Positions 20,284 through 30,684 are shown, counted from the stretch's first letter. The stretch: 64,000 nt of DNA from Bacilli bacterium (GCA_031549195.1 JAVBQF010000001.1:103218-167217), one strand, 5' to 3'. Translations and numbers: made by a program. The notes: generated by a model not told the origin, from the sequence alone.

Positions 20284-20829
20284 GTGATGAAAGTGAATTT
20301 ATATATAAGTGGAAGTAACAGAAAGCAAAATTGTTATAAAGTTTTAAAAGATTTAATTAGTGAAGAAGATAAATTAATTTCTTTATCAGAAATGGATATT
20401 AAATTTTGTTTAGGGTGTAATGAATGCGGAAATAAGCTTGATGAATTTTGCGTGATAGAAGATGGTATGAGTGAAATATATTCTTTAATGTTAAAGGCAG
20501 ATAAAATAATACTTGGAGTACCAATATATTTTAATCAAGTGTCAGGAATGTTTAAAAATATAATAGATAGATTAAACCCTTTTTGTACTCATAATTCGTT
20601 AGAAAGTAAAAAAATATATTTGATAACTCTAGGGTGTCAACCTGAAAAAGACAATAAAGATGTGGTAAAAAATATAAATGGTTATTTCAATGAGTTAGCG
20701 GAAATACTCGGTTTTGAGTTTACTTATTTAAGAAATTTTACAACAGAAAAAGATGATGATATTGAAGCAAATTATGATGGAGAATATAATACAATAATTG
20801 CTGAATTAAAACAGAATATTGACAAATGA
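20284..20829 (+). CDS. Flavodoxin-fold NAD(P)H-dependent FMN reductase / iron-sulfur flavoprotein-like protein
   Basis: N-terminal beta-strand + GS loop (NLYISGSNRK), Cys cluster CLGCNEC, PIYFNQVSG motif typical of this fold. Start is uncertain (GTG 20284 / ATG 20287 / GTG 20293). Confidence 0.5.
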   Translation: MMKVNLYISGSNRKQNCYKVLKDLISEEDKLISLSEMDIKFCLGCNECGNKLDEFCVIEDGMSEIYSLMLKADKIILGVPIYFNQVSGMFKNIIDRLNPFCTHNSLESKKIYLITLGCQPEKDNKDVVKNINGYFNELAEILGFEFTYLRNFTTEKDDDIEANYDGEYNTIIAELKQNIDK

Positions 20830-20869
20830 AAAGATAATCAGAATATAAATAATGAACAGATAATATAAA

Positions 20870-20907
20870 AGTAGATGCGCAAAAAGGAAAAAGCATCTAC
20901 TTTTTTG
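20870..20907 (+). terminator. Rho-independent terminator
   Basis: 9-bp stem AGTAGATGC / GCATCTACT (20870-20878 / 20893-20901) followed by TTTTT. Confidence 0.75.
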
Positions 20908-20998
20908 GTTGTAAATAGTTTGTTATGTGGTTTGTATATTTTTTAAGTTGTTTTGTATATAATAAAAGCCTGTTTCTTAGTTGTAAATTTTATCTTCA

Positions 20999-21027
20999 TT
21001 TACATTTGTTTGATATTCCGATATAAT
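20999..21027 (+). promoter_or_regulatory. Sigma-A-type promoter for the HD-domain gene
   Basis: TTTACA (20999-21004), 17-nt spacer, TATAAT (21022-21027). Confidence 0.5.
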
Positions 21028-21109
21028 GCTCGTATAGTATTTATAGTATCAAATGGTAAAATTGGTTTTTGATTTTAAGAAATAGTCAAAAATAAGGAGG
21101 GGAGCAAAT

Positions 21110-21985
21110 ATGATAATAAAAGAGCAATTTGAAGAGTCTTTATTCAGAGAAGATGTAATAGAATATTATTTGTCTAAATCAAGAAAAGAGCTAGAAGAAG
21201 AGTTTGGTATAGAAGTTGCAATGATGAAAGATTATGACCAAATGAATTCTCATCATTGTTATAATTTGTTAGAACACACGTTACATACAGTCTATGAGAT
21301 ACCTGTACAAAATCTAAATGCTAATCAAGCTAGACTTTTAAAAGTAGCAGCATTCTTTCATGATGTTGGTAAACCTTCTTGTGCTTTTTTTAATGAAAAA
21401 ACAGGACAGCAAGCATTTTATGGACATCCATTAAAGTCTGCGTTAATTGCAAGGCCAATATTAGAACAACTTGGATATGTTAATGAGGAACTAGAAAAAA
21501 TATTATTTTTTATAGAACATCATGATGATTTTATAAGCTATAAAAAAGATCTTGCTTTATGGATGCATAATCATTTATTTATGAGAGATATAAATACAGC
21601 AAGTATTTTGGAAAAATTAATTGAAAATAAATATAACTTTAAAGATATGGAATATAATGAAGAGCAGGTAAGGGTTATATGTTATATGCTTGCACACAAC
21701 TATCAGATTCCAAATTTTACATCTAAAGGAATACCTCTAACTATAAAATTTAATATGAAAGAAGTTGAGGATAAAATTAAGACTGGAAAATTTGCTAACG
21801 TCTTTGTTGCTAATTTAGATGATTATAAGTTATTGTTGACGTTGTGTAAGGCAGATGCTTTAGCGCAGAGTGAAATTGCATTACAAAATAGAAAAGAAGT
21901 AGGAAATAAAAAAGAAAAACTAGCTAATATAGAAAAGATAGAAAAGTTAATTTCTGAATCATATTTGTTATTAAATGAAATTTAA
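21110..21985 (+). CDS. HD-domain phosphohydrolase
   Basis: SD AAGGAGGGG. H..H (EHTLHT), HD (FFHDVGKP), GHP and HHDD motifs, resembling the HD domain of CCA-adding-type enzymes. Confidence 0.65.
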   Translation: MIIKEQFEESLFREDVIEYYLSKSRKELEEEFGIEVAMMKDYDQMNSHHCYNLLEHTLHTVYEIPVQNLNANQARLLKVAAFFHDVGKPSCAFFNEKTGQQAFYGHPLKSALIARPILEQLGYVNEELEKILFFIEHHDDFISYKKDLALWMHNHLFMRDINTASILEKLIENKYNFKDMEYNEEQVRVICYMLAHNYQIPNFTSKGIPLTIKFNMKEVEDKIKTGKFANVFVANLDDYKLLLTLCKADALAQSEIALQNRKEVGNKKEKLANIEKIEKLISESYLLLNEI

Positions 21986-22006
21986 ATATATAAGGAGAGT
22001 GATGAA

Positions 22007-22681
22007 ATGGCAAGAACAAAATTAAAGGACAGAATCTTACCAGATTATACAAAAGGAGAAGAAATATTTAATATGACTTCTCATATAGTTGGAGGGGCAC
22101 TAGGCGTTGTCGCTATTACACTATGTTTGGCGTTTGCAGTAATACATCAAAATTTTTATGGGATTGTTAGTGGCATAATTTATGGTTTTACTATGATACT
22201 TTTATATACAATGTCTAGTATTTATCATGGACTTAGTCCTAAAAGGACAGCAAAAAAAGTTTTGCAAGTATTAGATCATTGTTCTATATTCTTACTTATT
22301 GCAGGAACATATACTCCTTTTGCACTTTGTGGATTAAGAGTTGTAGATGCCGCTACAGGTTGGTGGATATTTATTATAATTTGGGCGGTAGCTATAGTTG
22401 GTATTGTGCTTAACTCCATTGATCTTAAAATGTTTGAAAAATTTTCATTAATTTGTTATTTAGCAATGGGCTGGTGCATTATTGTAAAAGCAAATTTATT
22501 ACCAGAATTCTTAAATACAACAGGAATAGCACTGTTAATAGGTGGAGGATTGGCATATACAGTTGGTGCGGTAATATATGCACTTGATCATAAAAAAAGG
22601 TATATGCACTCCATATTTCATTTATTTATATTGTTAGGCAGCATACTGCATTTCCTGTGCATTTTATTATATTTAATGTAA
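22007..22681 (+). CDS. Hemolysin III / PAQR-family membrane protein
   Basis: 7 TM segments. Motifs SSIYHG, LDHCSIFLLIAGTYTPF, HLFILLGS. Confidence 0.85.
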   Translation: MARTKLKDRILPDYTKGEEIFNMTSHIVGGALGVVAITLCLAFAVIHQNFYGIVSGIIYGFTMILLYTMSSIYHGLSPKRTAKKVLQVLDHCSIFLLIAGTYTPFALCGLRVVDAATGWWIFIIIWAVAIVGIVLNSIDLKMFEKFSLICYLAMGWCIIVKANLLPEFLNTTGIALLIGGGLAYTVGAVIYALDHKKRYMHSIFHLFILLGSILHFLCILLYLM

Positions 22682-22690
22682 TTGAAAAGT

Positions 22691-22712
22691 CACTTTTAAT
22701 AAAGTGTTTTTT
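22691..22712 (+). terminator. Rho-independent terminator
   Basis: CACTTT-TAAT-AAAGTG followed by TTTTTT. Confidence 0.6.
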
Positions 22713-22734
22713 CTTTGCAAAAATTAATAAAATA

Positions 22735-22763
22735 TTGAAATTCGAAAAAATGTTTGATATACT
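22735..22763 (+). promoter_or_regulatory. Sigma-A-type promoter for the Nudix-like gene
   Basis: TTGAAA (22735-22740), 17-nt spacer, TATACT (22758-22763). Confidence 0.45.
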
Positions 22764-22852
22764 GATATGGATTAAAAGCTATGTTAAAATGAAATGAAAA
22801 AATATCAATTCGTTATATTTAAAAATATAAAATAATTGGAGGCATCACAAAT

Positions 22853-23599
22853 ATGGATAAGATCAGGGTAGATTATTATAAAAAAGAAATAATAACAAAG
22901 AAAACAAACAGAAATATTGTTTTTCCATGGGAGATACAAAACGATATTAATCAATACTGGGATAATCTAATAAAGGAAAAGCCGTGGTTTACTCGTGGAA
23001 AAGTATATTGTGCTAAGAATATAAAGGAAGAAGAAGAGAATTGTATTATTGAACTAGACAATTCAGATTATGCGCACTATTTGTATGGATATAATAAGAA
23101 CAGAGAATATATTTGTATAAATTGTTTTGCTGGAGTTTTAATGGAAACTATAGATGGTTATTATGTATTAGGAGAAATGGGCGGAAAAACAGAAGTTCCA
23201 AATGAACTTCGATTCGTTGGATCTGGAACTATTGATGATATTGATTTTGATGAAGAAAATATTACAACACTTAATACTGCTAGAAGAGAATTAAAAGAAG
23301 AGGTTGGACTTGATTTAAATTTATTTGAAAGAAAGCCTGGTGCATATGTGATTTCTGAGGGTGAGAGAAAATCAATTGGGATTATATATAAAGTTTATTT
23401 AAATATGAACAAGGAAGAGTTAAAAAGAAGCTTTGACAATCATTTAAAATATCTGTTAGAAAACAAACTAGAATCAGAATTTAATAATTTGTTTTTTATA
23501 AAAAAGAGTGAAGATGATATTGGTAATATGTTAAATAGCAACTTAAAATTGATAGAATATATTACAGATGTTTTATATAAAGATTTAAATAATAGCTAA
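22853..23599 (+). CDS. Nudix-family hydrolase-like protein
   Basis: Nudix-box-like segment G..x..TARRELKEEVGL. The N-terminal roughly 90 aa are unassigned. Confidence 0.5.
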   Translation: MDKIRVDYYKKEIITKKTNRNIVFPWEIQNDINQYWDNLIKEKPWFTRGKVYCAKNIKEEEENCIIELDNSDYAHYLYGYNKNREYICINCFAGVLMETIDGYYVLGEMGGKTEVPNELRFVGSGTIDDIDFDEENITTLNTARRELKEEVGLDLNLFERKPGAYVISEGERKSIGIIYKVYLNMNKEELKRSFDNHLKYLLENKLESEFNNLFFIKKSEDDIGNMLNSNLKLIEYITDVLYKDLNNS

Positions 23600-23706
23600 A
23601 TAAAAAGAGAGACAGGAATTATATGCAAGAAAAAGCTGTAGCAAAATATGAAGTAGACGAAGTAATACAGAAAATAGGTAATAATTAATTGTAAAAGGAG
23701 GACTGT

Positions 23707-25653
23707 ATGTTTAACTTAGTATCAAAATATTCTCCATCTGGAGATCAACCAAATGCAATTTACGAATTAGTAAAGGGATTAAAAGAAGGAAAAAGAGATC
23801 AGGTATTGCTTGGTGCAACGGGGACTGGTAAAACCTTTACTATTTCAAATGTAATAAAAGAAGTAGATAAGCCTACTTTAGTTTTAGCACATAACAAAAC
23901 CCTTGCAGGACAACTTTACTCGGAGTTAAAAGAATTATTTCCCGATAACAGAGTAGAATACTTTGTTTCATACTATGATTACTATCAACCAGAAGCATAT
24001 GTTCCTTCTAGTGATACTTATATTGAGAAAGATGCATCTATCAACGATGAAATAGATGAGTTAAGGCACTCAGCCACTAGTGCATTACTTTCTAGAAGAG
24101 ACGTTATAGTAGTAGCGTCAGTATCTTGTATTTATGGTATAGGTGAAGTTGAAGATTATTTGGAAAAGATGCTAACGCTTAATGTGGGAGATAAAATAGA
24201 TAGGAATTCGGTTCTTACCAAATTAGTAGATATGCTTTATGAAAGAAATGATATGGATTTTAAAAGAGGAACTTTTAGAGTAAGAGGAGATGTACTCGAA
24301 GTAATTCCATCAAATGAGCATGTTAATGGAATAAGAGTTGAATTTTTTGGAGATGAGATAGATAGAATTAGTGAAATAGATACGCTTACTGGCAATATTA
24401 AAAATAATAAAAAGACTGTAAGTATATTTCCAGCATCACACTTTGTAGTTAATGATGAAAAGCTGAAGGAAGCAATAAAAAGAATAAAAGAAGAGCTTAA
24501 AGACAGATTAGAAGTTTTGAAAAGCGAAAATAAACTATTAGAATATCAAAGGCTTGAGCAAAGGTGTAATTATGATATGGAATTGCTTGAAGAAACTGGA
24601 TTTTGTCCAGGAGTAGAAAATTATTCGAGGCATTTAGCCTTGCGTGGTGAGGGAGAAACTCCTACTTGTTTGATGGATTTCTTTCCGGATGATTTCCTGT
24701 TGGTAATAGATGAATCACACGTTACTGCTCCTCAAGTAAGAGGAATGTATAATGGAGATAGAGCTAGAAAGATGAATCTCGTTGATTATGGATTTCGTCT
24801 TCCAAGTGCACTAGATAATAGGCCATTAAAATTTGAAGAATTTGAGAAAAAGATTAATCAAGTTATATACGTTTCTGCAACACCAGGTGATTATGAGCTT
24901 GAAAAAGTTGATAATAAGGTTGTGCAACAGATAATTAGACCAACCGGATTACTTGATCCAATAATAGAAGTTAGAAAATCTGAAGGCCAAATTGATGACT
25001 TGGTTGGTGAGATAAAAGATAGAATGGCTAAGAACGAAAGAGTCCTTATCACCACGCTTACTATTAGAATGGCTGAAGAACTAACTAATTATTTAAAGCA
25101 ATTAGATATTAAGGTTGCATATCTTCATACAGAAGTTAAAACTCTAGAAAGACTTAGAACTATAAGAGACTTGAGACTTGGTAAATATGATTGTATTGTA
25201 GGTATTAACTTACTTCGTGAAGGAATAGACATACCAGAAGTTAGCTTGATTGCGATATTGGATGCTGATAAGGAAGGATTTTTAAGAAGCTCAAGAAGTT
25301 TGGTACAAACAATTGGAAGATGTGCAAGAAATGAGCATGGGAAGTGTATAATGTATGGAGATAAGATAACTGACTCTATGAATTATGCAATTAGGGAAAC
25401 AGCGCGAAGAAGAGCGATACAAGAAGAATATAACAAAATACATAATATTACCCCAACTACTATATCAAAAGAAATTAGAGATTTGATTAGTAATGTTGAT
25501 GAGACAAAAGATAAGAAGGTAAAAGTATCTAAGAAAGAACAAATAGCAAATATAGAAAAGATTGAACAAGAAATGAGAAAAGCAGCAAAAGATCTAGACT
25601 TTGAACGTGCAATGGAGCTTCGTGATATCTTATTTGAACTAAAAAGTGAATAA
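23707..25653 (+). CDS. uvrB: Excinuclease ABC subunit B
   Basis: [27 protein letters not shown] beta-hairpin region, DESH, and C-terminal UVR motif ([10 protein letters not shown]). Confidence 0.97.
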   Translation: MFNLVSKYSPSGDQPNAIYELVKGLKEGKRDQVLLGATGTGKTFTISNVIKEVDKPTLVLAHNKTLAGQLYSELKELFPDNRVEYFVSYYDYYQPEAYVPSSDTYIEKDASINDEIDELRHSATSALLSRRDVIVVASVSCIYGIGEVEDYLEKMLTLNVGDKIDRNSVLTKLVDMLYERNDMDFKRGTFRVRGDVLEVIPSNEHVNGIRVEFFGDEIDRISEIDTLTGNIKNNKKTVSIFPASHFVVNDEKLKEAIKRIKEELKDRLEVLKSENKLLEYQRLEQRCNYDMELLEETGFCPGVENYSRHLALRGEGETPTCLMDFFPDDFLLVIDESHVTAPQVRGMYNGDRARKMNLVDYGFRLPSALDNRPLKFEEFEKKINQVIYVSATPGDYELEKVDNKVVQQIIRPTGLLDPIIEVRKSEGQIDDLVGEIKDRMAKNERVLITTLTIRMAEELTNYLKQLDIKVAYLHTEVKTLERLRTIRDLRLGKYDCIVGINLLREGIDIPEVSLIAILDADKEGFLRSSRSLVQTIGRCARNEHGKCIMYGDKITDSMNYAIRETARRRAIQEEYNKIHNITPTTISKEIRDLISNVDETKDKKVKVSKKEQIANIEKIEQEMRKAAKDLDFERAMELRDILFELKSE

Positions 25654-25666
25654 TAGGAGAGATTCA

Positions 25667-26578
25667 ATGAATATTTATACAGAAGAAATAATTAAAGGTG
25701 TAATGCCTAAGAAGATATTACCCAACGGATATAGTTTAGTTTTAGAAGGTGGAGGTACTAGGGGGTTCTATTCATCTGGTGTATTTGATGCTTTTATGGA
25801 ATCTGGAATTATGTTCCCCTATTTAATAGGAGTATCAGCAGGAGCAGCAAATGCACTAAATTACATTTCAGGACAAAGAGGGCGTCAAAGACAAGTAATT
25901 GAGAAATATGTTGGCAAGAAAGAATATTTAGGAACTGGTAATCTTTTAAAGTATAGATCATTATTTGGATATGATTATATTTTTAAAACAGTTCCAGAAC
26001 AGCATGTTTTTTGGGATAAAGAAACATTTGATATGGTTAATATCAACTTTTGGATAGGTGCAACAAATTGCAGTACAGGAGAGTCAGTCTGGTTTCAAAA
26101 AGAGGATCTAAAAGATGGTTTAGATGCAATTATTGCTTCTTGTTCTGTTCCATTTGTATCTAAAATCGTAAAATATAATAATTGCGAACTTTTAGATGGA
26201 GGTATCTCATCACCTATTCCAATAGAAAAATCGCTAGAGGATGGTAATACATTTCATGTTATTGTATTAACTAGAAACGTAGGATATCGAAAGGAAACAT
26301 TTAAGCAAAAGAGATTGTTAAATCTGTATTACAGAAAGTATCCGAATTTTATAAGGACGATGTTAAAACGAGATGAAATATATAATAGACAATTAGAGCT
26401 TTGTGAAAAACTGGAACGTGAGGGAAACGCTCTTATAATACGTCCAAAGAAAAAACTAGAGGTTGGTAGAACTGCAAGGGACATTAAAAAACTTTTAGAG
26501 TTACATGATGAGGGATATATAGAAGGGAAAGAAGCGGTGGAGAAGTTGCTTAAGAAATTAAAAAATGAAAAGATTTAA
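25667..26578 (+). CDS. Patatin-like phospholipase (YjjU-like)
   Basis: SD AGGAGA. Oxyanion GGGTRG, nucleophile GVSAG, catalytic Asp in LLDGG. Confidence 0.8.
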   Translation: MNIYTEEIIKGVMPKKILPNGYSLVLEGGGTRGFYSSGVFDAFMESGIMFPYLIGVSAGAANALNYISGQRGRQRQVIEKYVGKKEYLGTGNLLKYRSLFGYDYIFKTVPEQHVFWDKETFDMVNINFWIGATNCSTGESVWFQKEDLKDGLDAIIASCSVPFVSKIVKYNNCELLDGGISSPIPIEKSLEDGNTFHVIVLTRNVGYRKETFKQKRLLNLYYRKYPNFIRTMLKRDEIYNRQLELCEKLEREGNALIIRPKKKLEVGRTARDIKKLLELHDEGYIEGKEAVEKLLKKLKNEKI

Positions 26579-27425
26579 AAAAATATACATTGAGATTACA
26601 AATATATGCAATCTTAGCTGTTCTTTTTGCAGCACTTCCAAAAGAAGTAAAAGGGAAATGACTGTTGAAGAGTTTCAAATGGTAATTTCTAAAATTAAAC
26701 CATATACTAAATATATATTTCTACATATTAAAGGTGAACCATTGTTACATAACAACTTAGATGAAATACTCAGTATATGTGATGTGGAAGATATGAGAGT
26801 TAATATAACAACAAATGGCACCTTATTAAAAAGGAAATTTGATATATTAAAAAGACATAAGTCAATAAGACAAATTAATGTTTCTCTACACTCTGAAAAC
26901 AATGTTAGTAATTATTACGAGAATGCTTTTGAGGTTTGCAAACTTTTATCCACACAAATGTTTATTAGTTATAGGCTTTGGACTTTAAGTAATTTTAAAT
27001 TAGATGAAAAATCCACAACAACTGTTAATAAAATAATTGAATATTATCAATTATCAGCTGATATAGTGGATAAACTAATGAATGAAGAACAAATTAAGAT
27101 AGATAATAACACATATGTTAATAAAGATAACATATTTGTCTGGCCAGAAGTAAGTGATGAGCAAAATAGTAGAGGATATTGCTATGCTTTGAAGACTCAT
27201 ATAGGAATACTTTCTGATGGGACAGTAGTTCCTTGTTGTCTTGATGGAGAAGGTGTAATAAATCTTGGAAATATTTTTAATGATGATCTAGAAAAAATAT
27301 TCGAAAGAAAAAGATATATGAATATGAAAAAATCTTTTGGAAATAATGAATTAATTGAAGATTTATGTAAAAGTTGTACTTTCAGGGAACGCTTAAATAG
27401 AAAAATAGTGTATAATAACAAATAG
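26565..27425 (+). CDS. Radical SAM enzyme with a partial SPASM/Twitch-type C-terminal Cys motif
   Basis: CNLSCSFC (CxxxCxxC) at residues 15-22. C-terminal CX12GX4C (CYALKTHIGILSDGTVVPC) followed by C and CKSC. Overlaps the patatin stop by 14 nt. Confidence 0.8.
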   Translation: MKRFKKIYIEITNICNLSCSFCSTSKRSKREMTVEEFQMVISKIKPYTKYIFLHIKGEPLLHNNLDEILSICDVEDMRVNITTNGTLLKRKFDILKRHKSIRQINVSLHSENNVSNYYENAFEVCKLLSTQMFISYRLWTLSNFKLDEKSTTTVNKIIEYYQLSADIVDKLMNEEQIKIDNNTYVNKDNIFVWPEVSDEQNSRGYCYALKTHIGILSDGTVVPCCLDGEGVINLGNIFNDDLEKIFERKRYMNMKKSFGNNELIEDLCKSCTFRERLNRKIVYNNK

Positions 27426-27442
27426 ATTTGTAGGTGGAAGTT

Positions 27443-30250
27443 ATGGATAAAATAATAATAAAAGGTGCAAGAGAAAATAATTTAAAGAATGTTGATTTGG
27501 AATTACCAAAGGACAAGCTTATTGTAATGACAGGAGTTTCAGGTTCTGGTAAGTCAAGCTTAGCATTTGATACAATATATGCTGAAGGGCAAAGAAGATA
27601 TGTTGAGTCATTAAGTGCCTATGCGAGACAATTTTTAGGTGGAACAGATAAACCTGATGTAGATTCTATTGAAGGATTGTCACCAGCAATAAGTATTGAT
27701 CAAAAGACTACTAGTAAGAATCCTAGATCGACAGTTGGAACAGTAACTGAAATATATGATTACTTAAGACTTTTATATGCGAGGATAGGGATACCCTATT
27801 GTCCAGAACATCATATTCCTATTTCTAGTCAAAGTGTTGAGGAAATGACGAATAAAATACTTGAATATCCAATTGACACAAGGTTAGTAATAATGGCTCC
27901 TGTTGTTCATGGTGAAAAAGGAACTCATAAGGATCTTTTAGACAAACTTAAAGCAGATGGGTATGCGAGAGTAAGAGTAAATGGGGAAATGCGTGATCTT
28001 TCTGAGGATATAATACTTGATAAAAATGTAAAAGATAATATTGAAGTAATAATTGATAGACTGATTATTAAAGAAGATATTAGAGGAAGATTACACGAGT
28101 CTATAGAAACAGCAACAAAGCTTGCGAATGGAAAAGTAATAATAGATGTTACAGGAGATAAAGAAGTGGTTTTTTCTGAGGCTTTTGCTTGTCCACATTG
28201 TAATTTTTCATTACCTGAACTTGAGCCAAGATTATTCAGCTTTAATGCTCCGTTCGGCGCTTGCCACGACTGTAAAGGTCTAGGAATTAAATTAACAATA
28301 GACGCTGATTTAGTAATACCTAACGATGAACTATCAATCTTTGAAGGATGTATTGTAACATTAAGTGATGATCAAGAAGGTATTTACTACAAGAGATTAG
28401 AGTCTGTGTGTGATTATTATGACATAGATATGTATGCTCCTTTTAAGAGTTTAAAGAAAAAAGAGAAGGATATTGTCTTGTATGGGTCTCCAGATATAAT
28501 TAGCTTTAAATATGCTTCTAAAAGTGGGAATATCTTTAATCAAAAAGAAAAGTACGAAGGAATTATTAATAATTTACAAAGAAGATATATGGAAACATCT
28601 TCTGAATGGATAAGAGAATGGCTGGAAAACTATATGATAGAAACAGAATGTGAAACTTGTCATGGTGCAAGATTATCAGAAAATGTTTTAGCGGTTCTTG
28701 TAGGTAACAAAAATATTCATGAAATGACTTGCCTAAGTATTAAGGATTTATTGGATTTTTTTGAAAAGCTTAAACTTACTCCTACGCAGTTAGAAATATC
28801 TAATCTATTAGTTAAAGAAATAAAAAATAGAGTTAACTTTTTAGTTAATGTAGGGCTTGATTATTTAACCCTTAATAGAATGGCAGGTACTTTATCTGGT
28901 GGAGAAGCACAACGTATTAGACTTGCTACTCAAATTGGATCAAGACTCACAGGAGTACTTTATGTACTTGATGAACCAAGTATTGGGCTACATCAAAAAG
29001 ACAATCAGAAATTAATTAATGCTTTACTTGAAATGCGAGATTTAGGAAATACTTTAATAGTTGTTGAACATGATACAGATACAATGTTAGCGTGTGATTA
29101 TCTTGTTGATATTGGTCCAGGTGCAGGTGATGGTGGCGGGCAAATTATTGCCAAAGGAACACCACAAGAAGTAATGCAAGATGAAAATAGTATTACTGGA
29201 CGCTATTTGAGTGGTAAAGAGCGCATTGAAGTTCCTACAAAGAGAAGAAAAGGCAACGGATTATTTATAGAGATAAAAGGAGCTAAAGAGAATAATTTAA
29301 AAAATATAGATGTAAAATTTCCACTTGGTACATTCACTTGTGTGACAGGTGTATCGGGATCTGGTAAATCAAGTTTGGTTATGGAAATTCTTTCAAAGGG
29401 AATTAGTTCTAATCTTTATAAGACAAAGGACAAACCTGGAAAGCACAAAGCTATACTTGGTATGGATAATATTGATAAGATTGTTGAGATAACTCAAAAT
29501 CCTATTGGTAGAACACCAAGAAGTAATCCTGCAACATATACTGGAGTATTTGATGACATTAGAGAGTTATTTACTAATACTAAAGAAGCTAAGATGCATG
29601 GCTTTGGTAAAAATAGATTTTCTTTTAATGTAAAGGGTGGAAGATGTGAAGCATGTAGGGGTGATGGTGTAAAAAAAATAGAGATGCACTTTTTGCCTGA
29701 TGTATATATACCTTGTGAAGTTTGCCATGGTAGTAGATATAATAGTGAGACTTTAAACATAAGATATAGGGAAAAGAACATTGCTGACATACTTAACATG
29801 AGAGTAGCAGAAGGTTTGGACTTTTTTGAGAATGTACCTAAAATAAAGACAAAATTACAAGTATTATTCGACGTTGGACTTGGATATATAAAACTTGGGC
29901 AAAGTGCAACAACATTATCAGGTGGAGAAGCAGGGAGAGTTAAACTAGCAAAAGAGTTGCAAAGAAGACCAACTGGTAAAACACTGTTCATTATGGATGA
30001 ACCAACAACAGGACTTCATTCTGCTGATATTAAAAAGCTACTTGCTATTATACAAAGAATTGTGGACAATAGTGATACAGTAATTGTTATAGAACATAAT
30101 TTGGATATGATTAAAACAGCAGATTATATAATAGATATCGGACCAAATGGCGGAGATTTAGGCGGACAAGTAATTGCTAAAGGTACTCCAGAAGAAGTTG
30201 TTAAAGTAAAGAGTTCATATACAGGAGAATTTCTTAAAAAAGTTCTTTAG
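27443..30250 (+). CDS. uvrA: Excinuclease ABC subunit A
   Basis: SD AGGTGG, ATG 27443. Two ABC modules (GVSGSGKSS twice, LSGGEAQRI / LSGGEAGRV) and zinc modules (CPHC.., CEACRGDG). Confidence 0.97.
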   Translation: MDKIIIKGARENNLKNVDLELPKDKLIVMTGVSGSGKSSLAFDTIYAEGQRRYVESLSAYARQFLGGTDKPDVDSIEGLSPAISIDQKTTSKNPRSTVGTVTEIYDYLRLLYARIGIPYCPEHHIPISSQSVEEMTNKILEYPIDTRLVIMAPVVHGEKGTHKDLLDKLKADGYARVRVNGEMRDLSEDIILDKNVKDNIEVIIDRLIIKEDIRGRLHESIETATKLANGKVIIDVTGDKEVVFSEAFACPHCNFSLPELEPRLFSFNAPFGACHDCKGLGIKLTIDADLVIPNDELSIFEGCIVTLSDDQEGIYYKRLESVCDYYDIDMYAPFKSLKKKEKDIVLYGSPDIISFKYASKSGNIFNQKEKYEGIINNLQRRYMETSSEWIREWLENYMIETECETCHGARLSENVLAVLVGNKNIHEMTCLSIKDLLDFFEKLKLTPTQLEISNLLVKEIKNRVNFLVNVGLDYLTLNRMAGTLSGGEAQRIRLATQIGSRLTGVLYVLDEPSIGLHQKDNQKLINALLEMRDLGNTLIVVEHDTDTMLACDYLVDIGPGAGDGGGQIIAKGTPQEVMQDENSITGRYLSGKERIEVPTKRRKGNGLFIEIKGAKENNLKNIDVKFPLGTFTCVTGVSGSGKSSLVMEILSKGISSNLYKTKDKPGKHKAILGMDNIDKIVEITQNPIGRTPRSNPATYTGVFDDIRELFTNTKEAKMHGFGKNRFSFNVKGGRCEACRGDGVKKIEMHFLPDVYIPCEVCHGSRYNSETLNIRYREKNIADILNMRVAEGLDFFENVPKIKTKLQVLFDVGLGYIKLGQSATTLSGGEAGRVKLAKELQRRPTGKTLFIMDEPTTGLHSADIKKLLAIIQRIVDNSDTVIVIEHNLDMIKTADYIIDIGPNGGDLGGQVIAKGTPEEVVKVKSSYTGEFLKKVL

Positions 30251-30258
30251 GAGGAAAA

Positions 30259-30684
30259 ATGAATACTTATACAATGAGAGATAATAAAAGGTATAAAGTT
30301 ATTAAAGTAATAGAAGGGTTTATATGTCTATTAAGTTATCTGATTACCTTTCTTATTGTACAGTATTTTTTTAATATCTTAATAATTAAGTCTGAATATA
30401 AAGTTTTTTATTTAATGCTAACTCCTGTACTTGTATATACTTTAAATAAAACTTTGGCAAAAATAATATTGGATTTTACTATTCCAATAACGGCAATTAC
30501 ATTTGGGCTCTTCTATTTTTTCATAAATGCTGTTATTATTAAATTGGTAGGGTTAATATTGCATAGTAAAGTTGATTTGATAAGTTTTTGGAAAATATTC
30601 TTATTATCAATATTAATATCATCCATTAACTTATTAATAGAATTAGTACTTATAAAACCATTTGTTAGGAGGATGAAGCAATGA
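30259..30684 (+). CDS. Small 4-TM membrane protein, YvlD / phage-holin-4_2 family-like
   Basis: PITAITFGLFYFFINAVIIKL matches the family core (P..l.T.GLF..v.Na). ATGA overlap with lgt. Confidence 0.5.
   Translation: MNTYTMRDNKRYKVIKVIEGFICLLSYLITFLIVQYFFNILIIKSEYKVFYLMLTPVLVYTLNKTLAKIILDFTIPITAITFGLFYFFINAVIIKLVGLILHSKVDLISFWKIFLLSILISSINLLIELVLIKPFVRRMKQ

Noticed and set aside
22813-22830. Perfect 8-2-8 inverted repeat TTATATTT-AA-AAATATAA in the Nudix gene leader (also the direct repeat TATAGTAT x2 at about 21033-21049)
   Set aside because: These are composed only of A and T in a very AT-rich genome, where such palindromes arise readily by chance. No matching operator consensus is known to me.
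23623-23688. 21-codon ORF (MQEKAVAKYEVDEVIQKIGNN) between the Nudix-like gene and uvrB
   Set aside because: It has only a weak SD-like AGGA and no associated structure or known family. It could be chance in a 107-nt spacer, and nothing supports it.
23600-23706. Search for a LexA (Cheo box, GAAC-N4-GTTC) operator upstream of uvrB
   Set aside because: No such motif is present in the upstream spacer, so SOS control cannot be claimed from the sequence.
26565-27425. Radical-SAM gene next to uvr genes considered as a spore-photoproduct lyase or a viperin-like antiviral enzyme
   Set aside because: The C-terminal CX12GX4C..C..CxxC pattern is of the SPASM/Twitch type, which is not a feature of SplB or viperins. 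The size and N-terminal context fit generic SPASM maturase-like enzymes instead.
29494-29991. 165-aa minus-strand ORF inside uvrA (similar cases at 7493-7864, 8222-8527, 9377-10237, 10529-11092, 12831-13142, 44711-45040, 59101-59430)
   Set aside because: All are embedded antisense in well-supported genes. They are Ser/Leu/Ile-rich low-complexity translations of AT-rich coding sequence and lack ribosome-binding sites.
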